DNA of 62,273 nucleotides, filler included. It is 16 parts of 16 records of this genome, joined end to end, with 100 filler letters (N's around TTAATTAATTAA, not from the genome) between each part and the next. Parts side by side here need not be neighbours in the genome. Positions count along the whole stretch, not along the records: positions 37,108 to 39,530 come from SRR11831586_2008; positions 39,631 to 43,074 come from SRR11831586_2020; positions 43,175 to 51,638 come from SRR11831586_2022; 13 more parts are not named here. The stretch is one strand, 5' to 3'. Below, one piece after another: positions 38,320 through 50,338 of the stretch. The stretch's first letter is position 1; the number at the start of each line of letters is the position of its first letter. Position numbers and translations under genes: made by a program. The notes below the pieces were generated by a model that saw only the letters and a program-made list of their open reading frames with translations, ran no database searches and was not told where the DNA came from.

Positions 38320-39935
38320 GTCCTCTTCAACAGGTGTGAGTATCAGTGTAGCATGATAGAAAGCAAGAACAGGAATTACAGTTTGGCAAACATCGAAATT
38401 ATCGAACCGTGAGCCTGCCAGGGTGTATCTTCCTGTCAGACAGGTATCGATATCGATATCGATTTTTTACGATATATTTTTCTGCCCCCTAGATACTTCT
38501 ATACGGAATGTGCAGCTTATCAAGAGTCTAATCGATCGTAGACATACATCGCTATTGGGCTATTGATAGTCTGTGTTCCGCATAACAGGGCATAGATATC
38601 GAGGAGCCCCATCTAGCACGGTCAACGTGGGTTGATAGACGCGGAGCTACATCAAAGAAAGCCGTAGTCGCAAACAATGTGTGTGTCGTGGTTGCACCTG
38701 TCCCTGTTGCCTACGTTCAGAGACACGTACACGGCATCCGCCCAGATCTATTCAGTTATACAAAAGTTAGGTGTATAGACGCGGAACTTGACTAAAAGTA
38801 TCAGCTCCTATACCGTGTCGAGTCGTAGTTTCTGCTGGCACGTGTGCCTTTCAGTCATCACATAAATGTTATCTCATGCGCGGGGAGAAGTACAGGTATG
38901 TTCACGAAAAATTAACACCATGACAAGAGGCAACGTCATTATAGACTCATTACCTTAGTTGCCCCCGTATCGGCTCAATTTGATATGGTATACGAATCCA
39001 TTATGACCTGTATTATGGCAACGTCATTCGATACGATCCTAAATATAATGCGCTGCAGCACTGTGCATACTGGTGCTTAGTAAGAAGTACATGCGCAGTG
39101 CCTCTAACCGTGTGTATAGACACAAAGCAAACGACTCCCTACACAGGATGCTCGAATCCGCAGTCTGCGTACCTAGTATCAAGGACCGATGATTCTTAGT
39201 AGTGAGAGCCCAGACACTTACATGACCCTGCAACATGAATGTATATACGATCAAAGTTTGGTAAAATTTTAATATATGCATACATCAAAGGTGTAGTGTG
39301 CCCATGGCTTCTTGAGTTTGCAAGTCTCAGACAACGACAATTGCCACGTATTTTCACAGCCTGTCGTTCGTAAAGTAACATAAAACATGTGAAGTGAACT
39401 TGCTCATGGCAGTCATGCCAATATCGTTTGTAGGTATATTCTCGGCTGCTGCGGGGTGCGTTAGTGTACTGAATTAGCAATCGGAGTACGCCGTTGAGGT
39501 TCATAGCGTGCGGTTGTATCGGTGGGCGGTNNNNNNNNNNNNNNNNNNNNNNNNNNNNNNNNNNNNNNNNNNNNTTAATTAATTAANNNNNNNNNNNNNN
39601 NNNNNNNNNNNNNNNNNNNNNNNNNNNNNNACAGGGTGGAGAACCCACCACCACTTGTGATAACACCTACAACGGCACATCAAGAACACATTCAGACTTG
39701 ATAGAGGGGCCGCACTCCGCCACATAAACAAGACATCAGGCACGTTTCAAACAATACCCAACTCACAACGACACCCATGCCCTGCACTCACACAACCACT
39801 CCAACGACAACTGGGGTCTGCCCGGTCGCGACTGCACACGTGTACACAGGCGGCATAAATACACAAGACAGATTAATCGCGCGCATACGCCCATTAATCG
39901 AACGATACATCGCACACACACACACAGCCGCATAC

Positions 39936-42267
39936 CGCCGTAATACGAATCACACCCCATCTCGCCCACATCCGTCCACCACTGCCCGTCAACGCTCACA
40001 GGCACCGCAAATCGGGACAGCTGCGTGCCACCCACCGCTGTGGCGTAGGGTGAGGATGCAGGGAACACAGGGTGGAAAGGCTGACAGAAAGACAGGCTGT
40101 CCCGTGCGGCTTCCGCTGCGACACCGTCATCGCCGCTTGCAAACAGCACCGTGATGCCCCGCGCACCCACTACAGAGAGCAAGCAACCCCCACACACAGC
40201 GATGAAGTCAGCCTATCAATATATCATGCGATTGGTGCATCTCGAGCAGACGCCGCGAGAAAAGTCGAAGGGAAAAAGAGTCTCTCAGATGTGAGACAAG
40301 CGCAGGATCAGGCCGATACAGCGCAACACACAACAACAACATACATTTGATCAGCTCCACGTTGATACGGTCAGTGTATTCGATGGGCAGCGTGGACTCC
40401 ATGTCCAGATAGCTGACCGAATGCACCAGGGGTACATCGCTCGTGCTGGAGACGGCGGTAACCCACTGCAGAAACCCTTCCTGTTGGTTACCGTGTGTGT
40501 CGGGGTACGGGCTGTATTCGTTGACCGACCAGAATACGGTTGGGACATTGGGTGCGATACCCAAAAGGTATTGGATATCCAGAGATGCTTCACCGCCTGT
40601 AATGCCGACGCACGCACAAACACATACACAGATAGACACGCGCCCACGTGTACACAGAAGATGAGAATGTGAGGATGGGCGCGCAAAGACAGAGTATTGA
40701 CGTACGGAGTACGAAATCAGGACACAAACACCAACACACACAACAAACAGAGGATATACTACAACAAGAATGAAGCCCGTCCCTCATCCCTCACGGCCCG
40801 TACCTGGGTTGGACTGGTCGTTGGGCCCGATGACTGTGATAGGGCTATCGTTGGGGTACACACCCAGCAAGTTATAGAAGAGACGCAGGTCCGTCTCTGA
40901 GTAGTACTGCTGTAGAAATTCCGCCACCGACTGCGAGTTACGCGCACTGAGGCCACGGGTGCCGGGCGGAACACCTACACACACGCGTGCACACACACAC
41001 ATCAGTATGTATATGATTGGAGAGAGTGTATATATACATATATTAAGAACGGAAGTAGAAAAGGATATAGAGGCGCACGGTGTCAACTGAGGTCAATCGC
41101 ACGGAACACACACACACACACATACATGACACACGACACACCACATACGCACACATACATACCGTACAGAGTCTTGAGTGACAGCGGCGTGGTCCACGTA
41201 CTGGCCAGCGTGGGCACACGAGACCCGTCATCCGCCACACTGTACCCAAACACACTACTCGTCCCATCCGCAAACACAGCCTGTGCGCTTGTGTACAGCG
41301 GAACAAAGTTGGGTGTGTTGCTCACCAGTGTCGCACAGAGCACGTTCACCATGCGGAACCCGGGCAGCGTCGCGTTCAGGGAGGCGCACAGGGCAGCCTG
41401 GGGCGCAGGGGCGGTGGAGCACTGCACACAGCGCATATCCACAGCGGTGCCCGAAGCGACGGCCGTTGGGAACCCAGTCGCCTCTACGTGCACGTTGAAG
41501 CGGGTGATGGGCGCGGAGCCGGCATCGGAGCAGGGCGTGCCTGCGTCTGCGGTGAACGAGCCGTCGGTGCAGCGCGGGACGAAGGAGACCAGCACCTGCG
41601 CGTCCATGGGGCGTGCGGAGGGCACCAAAGGGCTGCTGGGAGAGGCATGCAGGGACTGGGAGAGCGCCGCTACCCCAGCAACATCCACGGACGGGCGCGC
41701 GGAGGTCGGTCGAACGCGGGGCAGGTGTGTGAGGTCCCAGATAAAGTCGATGTGTGCGGCCAGCGTGTCTGGGACGGTGATGCGGTGCGGGGTGCGGATG
41801 ACGCGTGCAACGGTGTCGCGGTGTACGTAGTCGTAGAGGGTGACCTGCAGCAGACGCTGTGCACTGCCCACAGGGATGTGCGCCACCACAAAATGTTTGG
41901 AGGGAGTGAAGGAGAGCGAGGTAGCGCCACCTTCCGTGAGCCATGTGCTCACAGCACGTACGGAGGATGGCGAAGGAGCCGTCATGTTCTGCACTTGATC
42001 GTGCATCAAGAACTGACCGTAAGAGGTTGAGCTGGGGTTGTTGACTCGCCAAAAGATGTTTTCCAACGTGTCAGTGTTTTGTTGACGGATGGCAATGGTG
42101 ATCGGAATGACGACGGAAGCGGCGGCCGGGCCCTGTTGATCCCATTCTCGAGATCTGTGTGGCGGGTCATGAGGGGAGTGAATGAAAACGCGAGTGGATT
42201 GTGCTGCCACGCAGACCGCGACTGCGATGGCGAGTACTAGGACAAGTGTGATGGATGGCGTTATCAT
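39936..42267 (-). CDS. Tripeptidyl-peptidase I / sedolisin (S53) with an inserted domain; 3' partial
   Basis: Signal peptide, pro-domain (P.S..YG.FL), NPGGEASLDIQY (catalytic E/D), VHSVSY, RGITVLFASGDDG and FPASSPY.TAVGGT. Confidence 0.95.
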
Positions 42268-42627
42268 CGCAAGCAAACGAAAGACCGATGCACAGAGATT
42301 TAGCCACTAAAATCAACGCAAAGGCCTGCTGAAAGCCAAATACCAACTTGAATGCAGATCTGACAGGCAAAATAAAAATTCTGACAAACTGTTTCCGAAA
42401 GTCCGGTTGGAAAATTGGAAAAAAGGATTCATGTTTTGTAGATTTTTGGGGCTCCTTTTTGTTCCCATCTCATGTAATCGGGTGTTGTACGGTGCACTGG
42501 TAATGATATTTATTTCTCGAGTCGCACGTGTTGCTCTGTCCAATGTGCGATATGGCATGTGCGTTTGTCTGGGGCTGTTCGCACTAACTTTTCGGTGTAG
42601 CTCAACAGCATAAAACCGTAAGAGAGT

Positions 42628-43061
42628 ATGAGCGGAGAACTGCTCATAAAGCTCTTGTGGGGAGCAGAGAAGTACGCGCAGATCAGGACGACCGTCTCTT
42701 AGCACAGGCTATCCGCGGTATGCATCGATTTTTGTTCTTAAAGTCAGGCGTGGTGACACGGCGTGTTTAGAACTGGAAGAACAAAACATTGATGTGACGG
42801 AATTCAAGAAAACTTACGAAGCATCGGTGCGTGCTTAGCAACTGTATTGCGAGTCTATATACTGTGAGTTCCTCTTTCTTGCTCTTTCCACCCATACCTC
42901 CGTGCACCAATCTAACTTCACACTCACCTCTCTGCGCAGCTTCAGCACAAGCAGAGCAAGAAGGGCGGACAACAGCTAGGACGGAGTGTGCTGGATCAGA
43001 TGGCCCCTGATGAGCGTGTGCGTCCTGTATATACCCCGCCGGATCCGGACGCGGAACCGGC
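42628..43061 (+). CDS. Fragmentary exons of an unknown gene divergent from the TPP1-like gene
   Basis: Exon-like segments ELEEQNIDVTEFKKTYEAS (GTGCGT donor) and LQHKQSKKGGQ...PDAEPA (GTGAGT donor); the first-exon structure is uncertain. Confidence 0.4.
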
Positions 43062-43174
43062 TGTGAGTACGCACNNNNNNNNNNNNNNNNNNNNNNNNNN
43101 NNNNNNNNNNNNNNNNNNTTAATTAATTAANNNNNNNNNNNNNNNNNNNNNNNNNNNNNNNNNNNNNNNNNNNN

Positions 43175-43838
43175 TATCATGCAGCAAACGGTGCAACATT
43201 GCCGTGTCTCGTTGCTCTAAAAGCCCCAGGCGTTGTTGTAACCAGTCGACCAGTTTTATGTCATCTGCCACTGCCAGAGTCGTCAGCAATGTCATGGCTC
43301 GTTCGCGTAAAGCTTGCAGTTGATGTTGGTCTGCCGTTGCATCACTTTTCGCCGGTTGTTGTATTAATGTTGCTAATTGATAGCAATAGACCATCACCGC
43401 CTGCCCCAGATTGAGCGAAGGATAATCCGCCACCATCGGCACACCAGTAAGAACGTCAGCCAACGCTAACTCTTCGTTAGTCAACCCGGAATCTTCGCGA
43501 CCAAACACCAGCGCGGCATGGCTCATCCATGAAGATTTTTCCTCTAACAGCGGCACCAGTTCAACTGGCGTGGCGTAGTAATGATATTTCGCCCGACTGC
43601 GCGCAGTGGTGGCGACAGTGAAATCGACATCGTGTAACGATTCAGCCAATGTCGGGAAAACTTTAATATTATCAATAATATCACCAGATCCATGTGCGAC
43701 CCAGCGGGTGGCTGGCTCCAGGTGTGCCTGACTATCGACAATCCGCAGATCGCTAAACCCCATCGTTTTCATTGCCCGCGCCGCTGCCCCAATATTTTCT
43801 GCTCTGGCGGGTGCGACCAGAATAATCGTTATACGCAT
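43175..43838 (-). CDS. yjtD: SPOUT tRNA/rRNA methyltransferase YjtD (LasT), 3' partial
   Basis: ENIGAAARAM, FGRED.GL and SLNL motifs; synteny. Confidence 0.96.
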
Positions 43839-44237
43839 ATTGCCACTCTTCTTGATCAAATAACCGCGAACCGGGTGATCACTGTCAACTTATTACGCGG
43901 TGCGAATTTACAAATTCTTAACGTAAGTCGCAGAAAAAGCCCTTTACTTAGCTTAAAAAAGGCTAAACTATTTCCTGACTGTACTAACGGTTGAGTTGTT
44001 AAAAAATGCTACATATCCTTCTGTTTACTTAGGATAATTTTATAAAAAATAAATCTCGACAATTGGATTCACCACGTTTATTAGTTGTATGATGCAACTA
44101 GTTGGATTATTAAAATAATGTGACGAAAGCTAGCATTTAGATACGATGATTTCATCAAACTGTTAACGTGCTACAATTGAACTTGATATATGTCAACGAA
44201 GCGTAGTTTTATTGGGTGTCCGGCCCCTCTTAGCCTG

Positions 44238-44378
44238 TTATGTTGCTGTTAAAATGGTTAGGATGACAGCCGTTTTTGACACTGTCGGGTCCTGAGGGAA
44301 AGTACCCACGACCAAGCTAATGATGTTGTTGACGTTGATGGAAAGTGCATCAAGAACGCAATTACGTACTTTAGTCAT
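44238..44378 (-). CDS. yjjY: Small protein YjjY (46 aa)
   Basis: MTKVRNCVLDALSIN...ILTAT*, divergent from arcA as in K-12. Confidence 0.75.
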   Translation of the reverse strand: MTKVRNCVLDALSINVNNIISLVVGTFPQDPTVSKTAVILTILTAT

Positions 44379-44473
44379 GTTACGCCGATCATGTTAATTT
44401 GCAGCATGCATCAGGCAGGTCAGGGACTTTTGTACTTCCTGTTTCGATTTAGTTGGCAATTTAGGTAGCAAAC

Positions 44474-45190
44474 ATGCAGACCCCGCACATTCTTATCGTT
44501 GAAGACGAGTTGGTAACACGCAACACGTTGAAAAGTATTTTCGAAGCGGAAGGCTATGATGTTTTCGAAGCGACAGATGGCGCGGAAATGCATCAGATCC
44601 TCTCTGAATATGACATCAACCTGGTGATCATGGATATCAATCTGCCGGGTAAGAACGGTCTTCTGTTAGCGCGTGAACTGCGCGAGCAGGCGAATGTTGC
44701 GTTGATGTTCCTGACTGGCCGTGACAACGAAGTCGATAAAATTCTCGGCCTCGAAATCGGTGCAGATGACTACATCACCAAACCGTTCAACCCGCGTGAA
44801 CTGACGATTCGTGCACGCAACCTACTGTCCCGTACCATGAATCTGGGTACTGTCAGCGAAGAACGTCGTAGCGTTGAAAGCTACAAGTTCAATGGTTGGG
44901 AACTGGACATCAACAGCCGTTCGTTGATCGGCCCTGATGGCGAGCAGTACAAGCTGCCGCGCAGCGAGTTCCGCGCCATGCTTCACTTCTGTGAAAACCC
45001 AGGCAAAATTCAGTCCCGTGCTGAACTGCTGAAGAAAATGACCGGCCGTGAGCTGAAACCGCACGACCGTACTGTAGACGTGACGATCCGCCGTATTCGT
45101 AAACATTTCGAATCTACGCCGGATACGCCGGAAATCATCGCCACCATTCACGGTGAAGGTTATCGCTTCTGCGGTGATCTGGAAGATTAA
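44474..45190 (+). CDS. arcA: Response regulator ArcA
   Basis: Recognised sequence. Confidence 0.99.
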
Positions 45191-45207
45191 TCGGCTTTAC
45201 CACCGTC

Positions 45208-45244
45208 AAAAAAAACGGCGCTTTTTAGCGCCGTTTTTATTTTT
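45208..45244. terminator. Bidirectional terminator between arcA and creD
   Basis: A tract, CGGCGCT-loop-AGCGCCG hairpin, T tract. Confidence 0.85.
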
Positions 45245-45249
45245 CAACC

Positions 45250-46602
45250 TTATTTCCAGATACGTAACTCATCGTCCGTTGTAACTTCTTTACTGGCTTT
45301 CATTTTCGGCAGTGAAAACGCATACCAGTCGATATTACGGGTCACAAACATCATGCCGGCCAGCGCCACCACCAGCACACTGGTTCCCAACAACAGCGCG
45401 CTATCGGCAGAGTTGAGCAGTCCCCACATCACACCATCCAGCAACAACAGCGCGAGGGTAAACAACATGCTGTTGCACCAACCTTTCAATACCGCTTGCA
45501 AATAAATACCGTTCATTATCGCCCCAATCAGACTGGCGATTATCCATGCCACGGTAAAACCGGTATGTTCAGAAAGCGCCAGCAAGAGCAAATAAAACAT
45601 CACCAATGAAAGCCCCACCAGCAAATATTGCATTGGGTGTAAACGTTGCGCGGTGAGCGTTTCAAAAACAAAGAACGCCATAAAAGTCAGTGCAATCAGC
45701 AGAATGGCGTACTTAGTCGCCCGGTCAGTTAATTGGTATTGATCGGCTGGCGTCGTTACTGCGACGCTAAACGCCGGGAAGTTTTCCCAGCCGGTATCAT
45801 TGCCTGAAGCAAAACGCTCACCGAGATTATTAGCAAACCAGCTGCTTTGCCAGTGCGCCTGAAAACCTGACTCGCTAACTTCCCGTTTGGCTGGTAGAAA
45901 ATCACCTAAAAAACTGGGATGCGGCCAGTTGCTGGTTAAGGTCATTTCGCTATTACGCCCGCCAGGCACCACAGAAAGATCGCCGGTACCGCTTAAATTC
46001 AGGGCCATATTCAGCTTCAGGTTCTGCTTCCGCCAGTCCCCTTCAGGTAAAGGGATATGCACGCCCTGCCCGCCTTGCTCTAACCCGGTGCCGGGTTCAA
46101 TGGTCAGCGCCGTTCCGTTAACTTCAGGCGCTTTCACCACACCAATACCACGCGCATCCCCGACGCTAATCACAATAAATGGCTTGCCTAAGGTGATATT
46201 TGGCGCGTTGAGTTCGCTAAGACGCGAAACATCGAAATCGGCTTTTAACGTTAAATCACTGTGCCAGACCTGACCGGTATAAATCCCTATCTTGCGTTCT
46301 TCCACGTTCTGATTGCCATCAACCATCAATGACTCAGGTAACCAAAAATGGATAAAACTTCGTTTCCGCTCCACGGTTTTATCCTCTTCCTGCACCGTAT
46401 AAAGCTCGGTCACAGGAATAGCGATGAGCGGCCCAACGAGTTTTTGCGGCCCGCTGGTACTTTGGCGAATCGCATCTTCCACATCGCTACGGTAATCAGC
46501 ACGTTCGACAATCACCTGCCGAATCAGCATTATCGGAATTAACAACAGCAATACTGCACCAAACAGGCTAGTCATTTTCCAGAACAGGGGGGATTTCAAC
46601 AT
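45250..46602 (-). CDS. creD: Inner membrane protein CreD
   Basis: Recognised sequence and operon order. Confidence 0.98.
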   Translation of the reverse strand: MLKSPLFWKMTSLFGAVLLLLIPIMLIRQVIVERADYRSDVEDAIRQSTSGPQKLVGPLIAIPVTELYTVQEEDKTVERKRSFIHFWLPESLMVDGNQNVEERKIGIYTGQVWHSDLTLKADFDVSRLSELNAPNITLGKPFIVISVGDARGIGVVKAPEVNGTALTIEPGTGLEQGGQGVHIPLPEGDWRKQNLKLNMALNLSGTGDLSVVPGGRNSEMTLTSNWPHPSFLGDFLPAKREVSESGFQAHWQSSWFANNLGERFASGNDTGWENFPAFSVAVTTPADQYQLTDRATKYAILLIALTFMAFFVFETLTAQRLHPMQYLLVGLSLVMFYLLLLALSEHTGFTVAWIIASLIGAIMNGIYLQAVLKGWCNSMLFTLALLLLDGVMWGLLNSADSALLLGTSVLVVALAGMMFVTRNIDWYAFSLPKMKASKEVTTDDELRIWK

Positions 46603-46659
46603 AGTCTTCTCCTTTGCAATGGCAGCAGGATACGAAGACTATGTGGGAAGAATTTGAAG

Positions 46660-48084
46660 CTATGTGAAGTGACGGTGAAGTCGAAGCGAGGCCAGCACGC
46701 CACCTTCCTGCACGTTGCGCAACGTGACTTCGCCGTTAAACAAACGGGCGACCTCACTGACGAACGCCAACCCCAGACCGCTGCTTTTTTGCCCATTTGC
46801 ACGAGGCAAAGAGTAAAAGCGTTCAAAAATACGTGAAAGCGCGTAGTCAGGAATACCACTACCGGTATCCAGCACCTTAAGCGTGACGTGTTCCTGATCC
46901 ACTTCGGCGCTTAGCGTGATGCAACCGCTCTCGGGGGTAAAATCGATGGCGTTATCCAGTAAATTTCCCAGCGCCTGCTCCAGTAACGCCGGTTCAGCAG
47001 CAACGTTAACCTCGGTGGGCGTAACATGCAGAGTGATTTTTTTTTCTGCCAACTGCACGGTGCGCGCTTCGCTGACGCGGCGGAATAATGCCGCCACATC
47101 AACAGCAGTCAGAACGACTTCCTGACGATTCTCCAGTCTTGCCTGGCGTAGTAACGTTTCTACCAATGCCTGCATACGCGCATTTTGCGTCAGAATGTTG
47201 TCAGTAAAACGAGCCACCACTTCCGGCGGCGGACCTTCGCGTAAAATTTCCGCCGCTCCACGAATCGCCGCCAGTGGGCTTTTTAGCTCATGAGTTAATG
47301 CGTAAACATACTGCTCAATATAGTTTTTCCCTTCCAGCTTCACGCGCATACTTTCCAGCGCCTGCGCGAGTTTACGCAACTCGCTACTACCGAGATCGGG
47401 GAGAGGAACGGGCTTATTGTCAGTGACGGAATCAGCATAGCGAGTGAGCCGGGCAATAGAGCGGTTGATCCACCAAACCATGCCTGCGCCAATCACCAGT
47501 GCAATCCCCAACAAAATGGCGCTGGCCCATAAAATTCGCCGCTCGCTACGCTTAATGACCGGAGCCATCGCCGCGTTCGGTTTGCCTACGCTCAAAACGC
47601 CAATAAGCCGCGAGCCGTCCATAATCGGTGCGGCAACATACATCACAGAACTTTCGGGATCGGCAGGATTTTGCAACGTGCTGCGCGCACCATACTGACC
47701 ACGCAACGTTAGCCAGACGTCATTCCAGCGCGAATAATCCTGTCCAACGGCTTTATTTGCCGAATCGAACAATACTTTGCCCTGCGCATCGGTCATATAG
47801 ACATGATATTCATTGCGCACTTTGTTAATGCCACCGATATTGGCGCGAAACGGGGGATGTTGTAGCTGATTAAACGCCTGCGCCAGTTGCCCATGCGTTG
47901 GGTCCCCAGAGAGCAAATCGGGACGCGCCAGCTCCGCCAGCAACGTTGCGGTGTCGATCAACGTCCCCTCCGTTGCTCTTCGCACGCCCGGTTTAACTTC
48001 TTTGACAAAAATGGCCAGTACGAACCAGGCTGCCACCGCCACCAGTAAAAAATAGCCCAGCAACAACCGCATGCCGATACGCAT
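46660..48084 (-). CDS. creC: Sensor histidine kinase CreC (Pro77, creC510-type allele)
   Basis: THELKSPL H-box; residue 77 is Pro. Confidence 0.98.
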   Translation of the reverse strand: MRIGMRLLLGYFLLVAVAAWFVLAIFVKEVKPGVRRATEGTLIDTATLLAELARPDLLSGDPTHGQLAQAFNQLQHPPFRANIGGINKVRNEYHVYMTDAQGKVLFDSANKAVGQDYSRWNDVWLTLRGQYGARSTLQNPADPESSVMYVAAPIMDGSRLIGVLSVGKPNAAMAPVIKRSERRILWASAILLGIALVIGAGMVWWINRSIARLTRYADSVTDNKPVPLPDLGSSELRKLAQALESMRVKLEGKNYIEQYVYALTHELKSPLAAIRGAAEILREGPPPEVVARFTDNILTQNARMQALVETLLRQARLENRQEVVLTAVDVAALFRRVSEARTVQLAEKKITLHVTPTEVNVAAEPALLEQALGNLLDNAIDFTPESGCITLSAEVDQEHVTLKVLDTGSGIPDYALSRIFERFYSLPRANGQKSSGLGLAFVSEVARLFNGEVTLRNVQEGGVLASLRLHRHFT

Positions 48085-48773
48085 TACAGGCCCCTCAGGC
48101 TATATCCCATGCCGCGATGAGTATTAATCGGTGAAAGATCGGGGTTGATGGCGCGCAGCTTGGCACGCAGCGTTTTAATGTGGGTATCGACGGTGCGATC
48201 GTAGGTGTCCTGCGCATCTTCCCATACGCTATCCATCAGTTGCTGGCGGGACCAGACGCGGCCCGGTGACTTGAGTAACGTCTTCAACAATAAAAACTCA
48301 TACCGAGTCAGCGCTAATGGCGTGTCAAACCAGCTGATCTGCGCCGCGGGTTCATTCAATTCAAAATGTCCAATACGGATGACGGGAGACGGCGTCGAGA
48401 ACTTCTTCACCCGACGCAGTAAGGTGCGCACCCTGGCGCACACTTCGCGGGGTGAAAACGGTTTAGCCACGTAGTCGTCAGCACCAATTTCCAGCCCAAG
48501 CAGGCGATCGACCTCTTCACTTCGGGCCGTCAGGAACAGTACAGGTAACGCCGGATGGAGCGCCAGTAACTGGCGGCACAATTCAAAGCCGCTAATATCC
48601 GGCAGACCAACATCGAGAATCATGACGTCGGGTACCTGCTTGCGAGCTTTATCCAGCACCGGCAAGCCTCGCTCAAAGACCTCGACGGCAAAACCTTCCT
48701 GCTGCAACATGTAGACCAGCGTGTCGGCTATCCCTTGCTCATCTTCCACTAACCAGACCGTTTCCCGTTGCAT
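48084..48773 (-). CDS. creB: Response regulator CreB
   Basis: OmpR-family regulator, recognised sequence. Confidence 0.98.
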   Translation of the reverse strand: MQRETVWLVEDEQGIADTLVYMLQQEGFAVEVFERGLPVLDKARKQVPDVMILDVGLPDISGFELCRQLLALHPALPVLFLTARSEEVDRLLGLEIGADDYVAKPFSPREVCARVRTLLRRVKKFSTPSPVIRIGHFELNEPAAQISWFDTPLALTRYEFLLLKTLLKSPGRVWSRQQLMDSVWEDAQDTYDRTVDTHIKTLRAKLRAINPDLSPINTHRGMGYSLRGL

Positions 48774-48785
48774 AAATCGCCTCTG

Positions 48786-49259
48786 TTATTGCCGCCACGG
48801 CATGACAGGAACCGCGCTAATCGCGTTTTTCGGCGAACCTTCTACAACTTTGTCGGAGTAAGCCAGATAAGCGAGCGCGTTGCGTTTGGCATCATAAAAG
48901 CGCACGACCTGTAACGACTTAAAGACCAGGGACGTGCGTTTTTTGAATACTACCTCGCCCTGAGCTTTGCCGTTTTTAATACGATCCGACAGTTCAATCG
49001 GCCCGACTTGCTGACAAGAAATGGCCGCATCGGAGGTATCTTCCGCCAGACCCAATCCCCCTTTAATACCACCGGTTTTCGCCCGGCTCACATAACAGGT
49101 GACATTTTTCACATCGGGATCATCAAAGGCTTCCACAACAATTTTGTGATCCGGGCCGATCATTTTAAATACGGTGTCGACCGAACCAATCTCTTCTGCA
49201 TGAGCCAATGGCCCCAGCATTATCAGGCTTAAAGACAGGATCAAATGCTTGTATTTCAT
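48786..49259 (-). CDS. creA: Periplasmic protein CreA
   Basis: Recognised sequence. Confidence 0.97.
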
Positions 49260-49468
49260 ATTGTTACCATTTTTATCTATTACACGAGCAATTAGTTCGT
49301 CACGGTAAATAACATATTGATTAAGAACAAAATCTCAATACTTTTATTTCCGTCAAGCCCTAAAACATACTCTACTAAGAAAAAACACTGAATGCTAAAA
49401 CAGCAAAAAATGCTATTATCCAATTACCTGATGTCAGGTGCTCGTTGTTGAAAGGATGAGGATATTTT

Positions 49469-50338
49469 ATGGATCAGGCCGGCATTATTCGCGACCTTTT
49501 AATCTGGCTGGAAGGTCATCTGGATCAGCCCCTGTCGCTCGACAATGTAGCGGCGAAAGCAGGTTATTCCAAGTGGCACTTACAGAGAATGTTTAAAGAT
49601 GTCACTGGCCATGCTATTGGCGCGTATATTCGTGCTCGTCGTTTGTCGAAATCGGCGGTCGCACTACGCCTGACTGCGCGTCCGATTCTGGACATCGCGC
49701 TGCAATACCGCTTCGACTCTCAACAGACATTTACCCGCGCATTCAAGAAGCAGTTTGCCCAGACTCCTGCACTTTACCGCCGTTCTCCTGAATGGAGCGC
49801 CTTTGGTATTCGCCCGCCGCTACGCCTGGGTGAATTCACTATGCCAGAGCACAAATTTGTCACCCTGGAAGATACGCCGCTGATTGGTGTTACCCAGAGC
49901 TACTCCTGTTCGCTGGAGCAAATCTCTGATTTCCGCCATGAAATGCGTTATCAGTTCTGGCACGATTTTCTCGGCAACGCGCCGACCATTCCGCCGGTGC
50001 TCTACGGCCTGAATGAAACGCGTCCGAGTCAGGATAAAGACGACGAGCAAGAGGTATTCTATACCACCGCGTTAGCCCAGGATCAGGCAGATGGCTATGT
50101 ACTGACGGGGCATCCGGTGATGCTGCAGGGCGGCGAATATGTGATGTTTACCTATGAAGGTCTGGGAACCGGCGTGCAGGAGTTTATCCTGACGGTATAC
50201 GGAACGTGCATGCCAATGCTCAACCTGACGCGCCGTAAAGGTCAGGATATTGAGCGATACTACCCGGCAGAAGATGCCAAAGCGGGAGATCGCCCAATTA
50301 ATCTACGCTGTGAACTGCTGATTCCGATCCGTCGTTAA
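49469..50338 (+). CDS. rob: Right-origin-binding AraC-family regulator
   Basis: GYSKWHLQRMFK motif. Confidence 0.99.
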   Translation: MDQAGIIRDLLIWLEGHLDQPLSLDNVAAKAGYSKWHLQRMFKDVTGHAIGAYIRARRLSKSAVALRLTARPILDIALQYRFDSQQTFTRAFKKQFAQTPALYRRSPEWSAFGIRPPLRLGEFTMPEHKFVTLEDTPLIGVTQSYSCSLEQISDFRHEMRYQFWHDFLGNAPTIPPVLYGLNETRPSQDKDDEQEVFYTTALAQDQADGYVLTGHPVMLQGGEYVMFTYEGLGTGVQEFILTVYGTCMPMLNLTRRKGQDIERYYPAEDAKAGDRPINLRCELLIPIRR

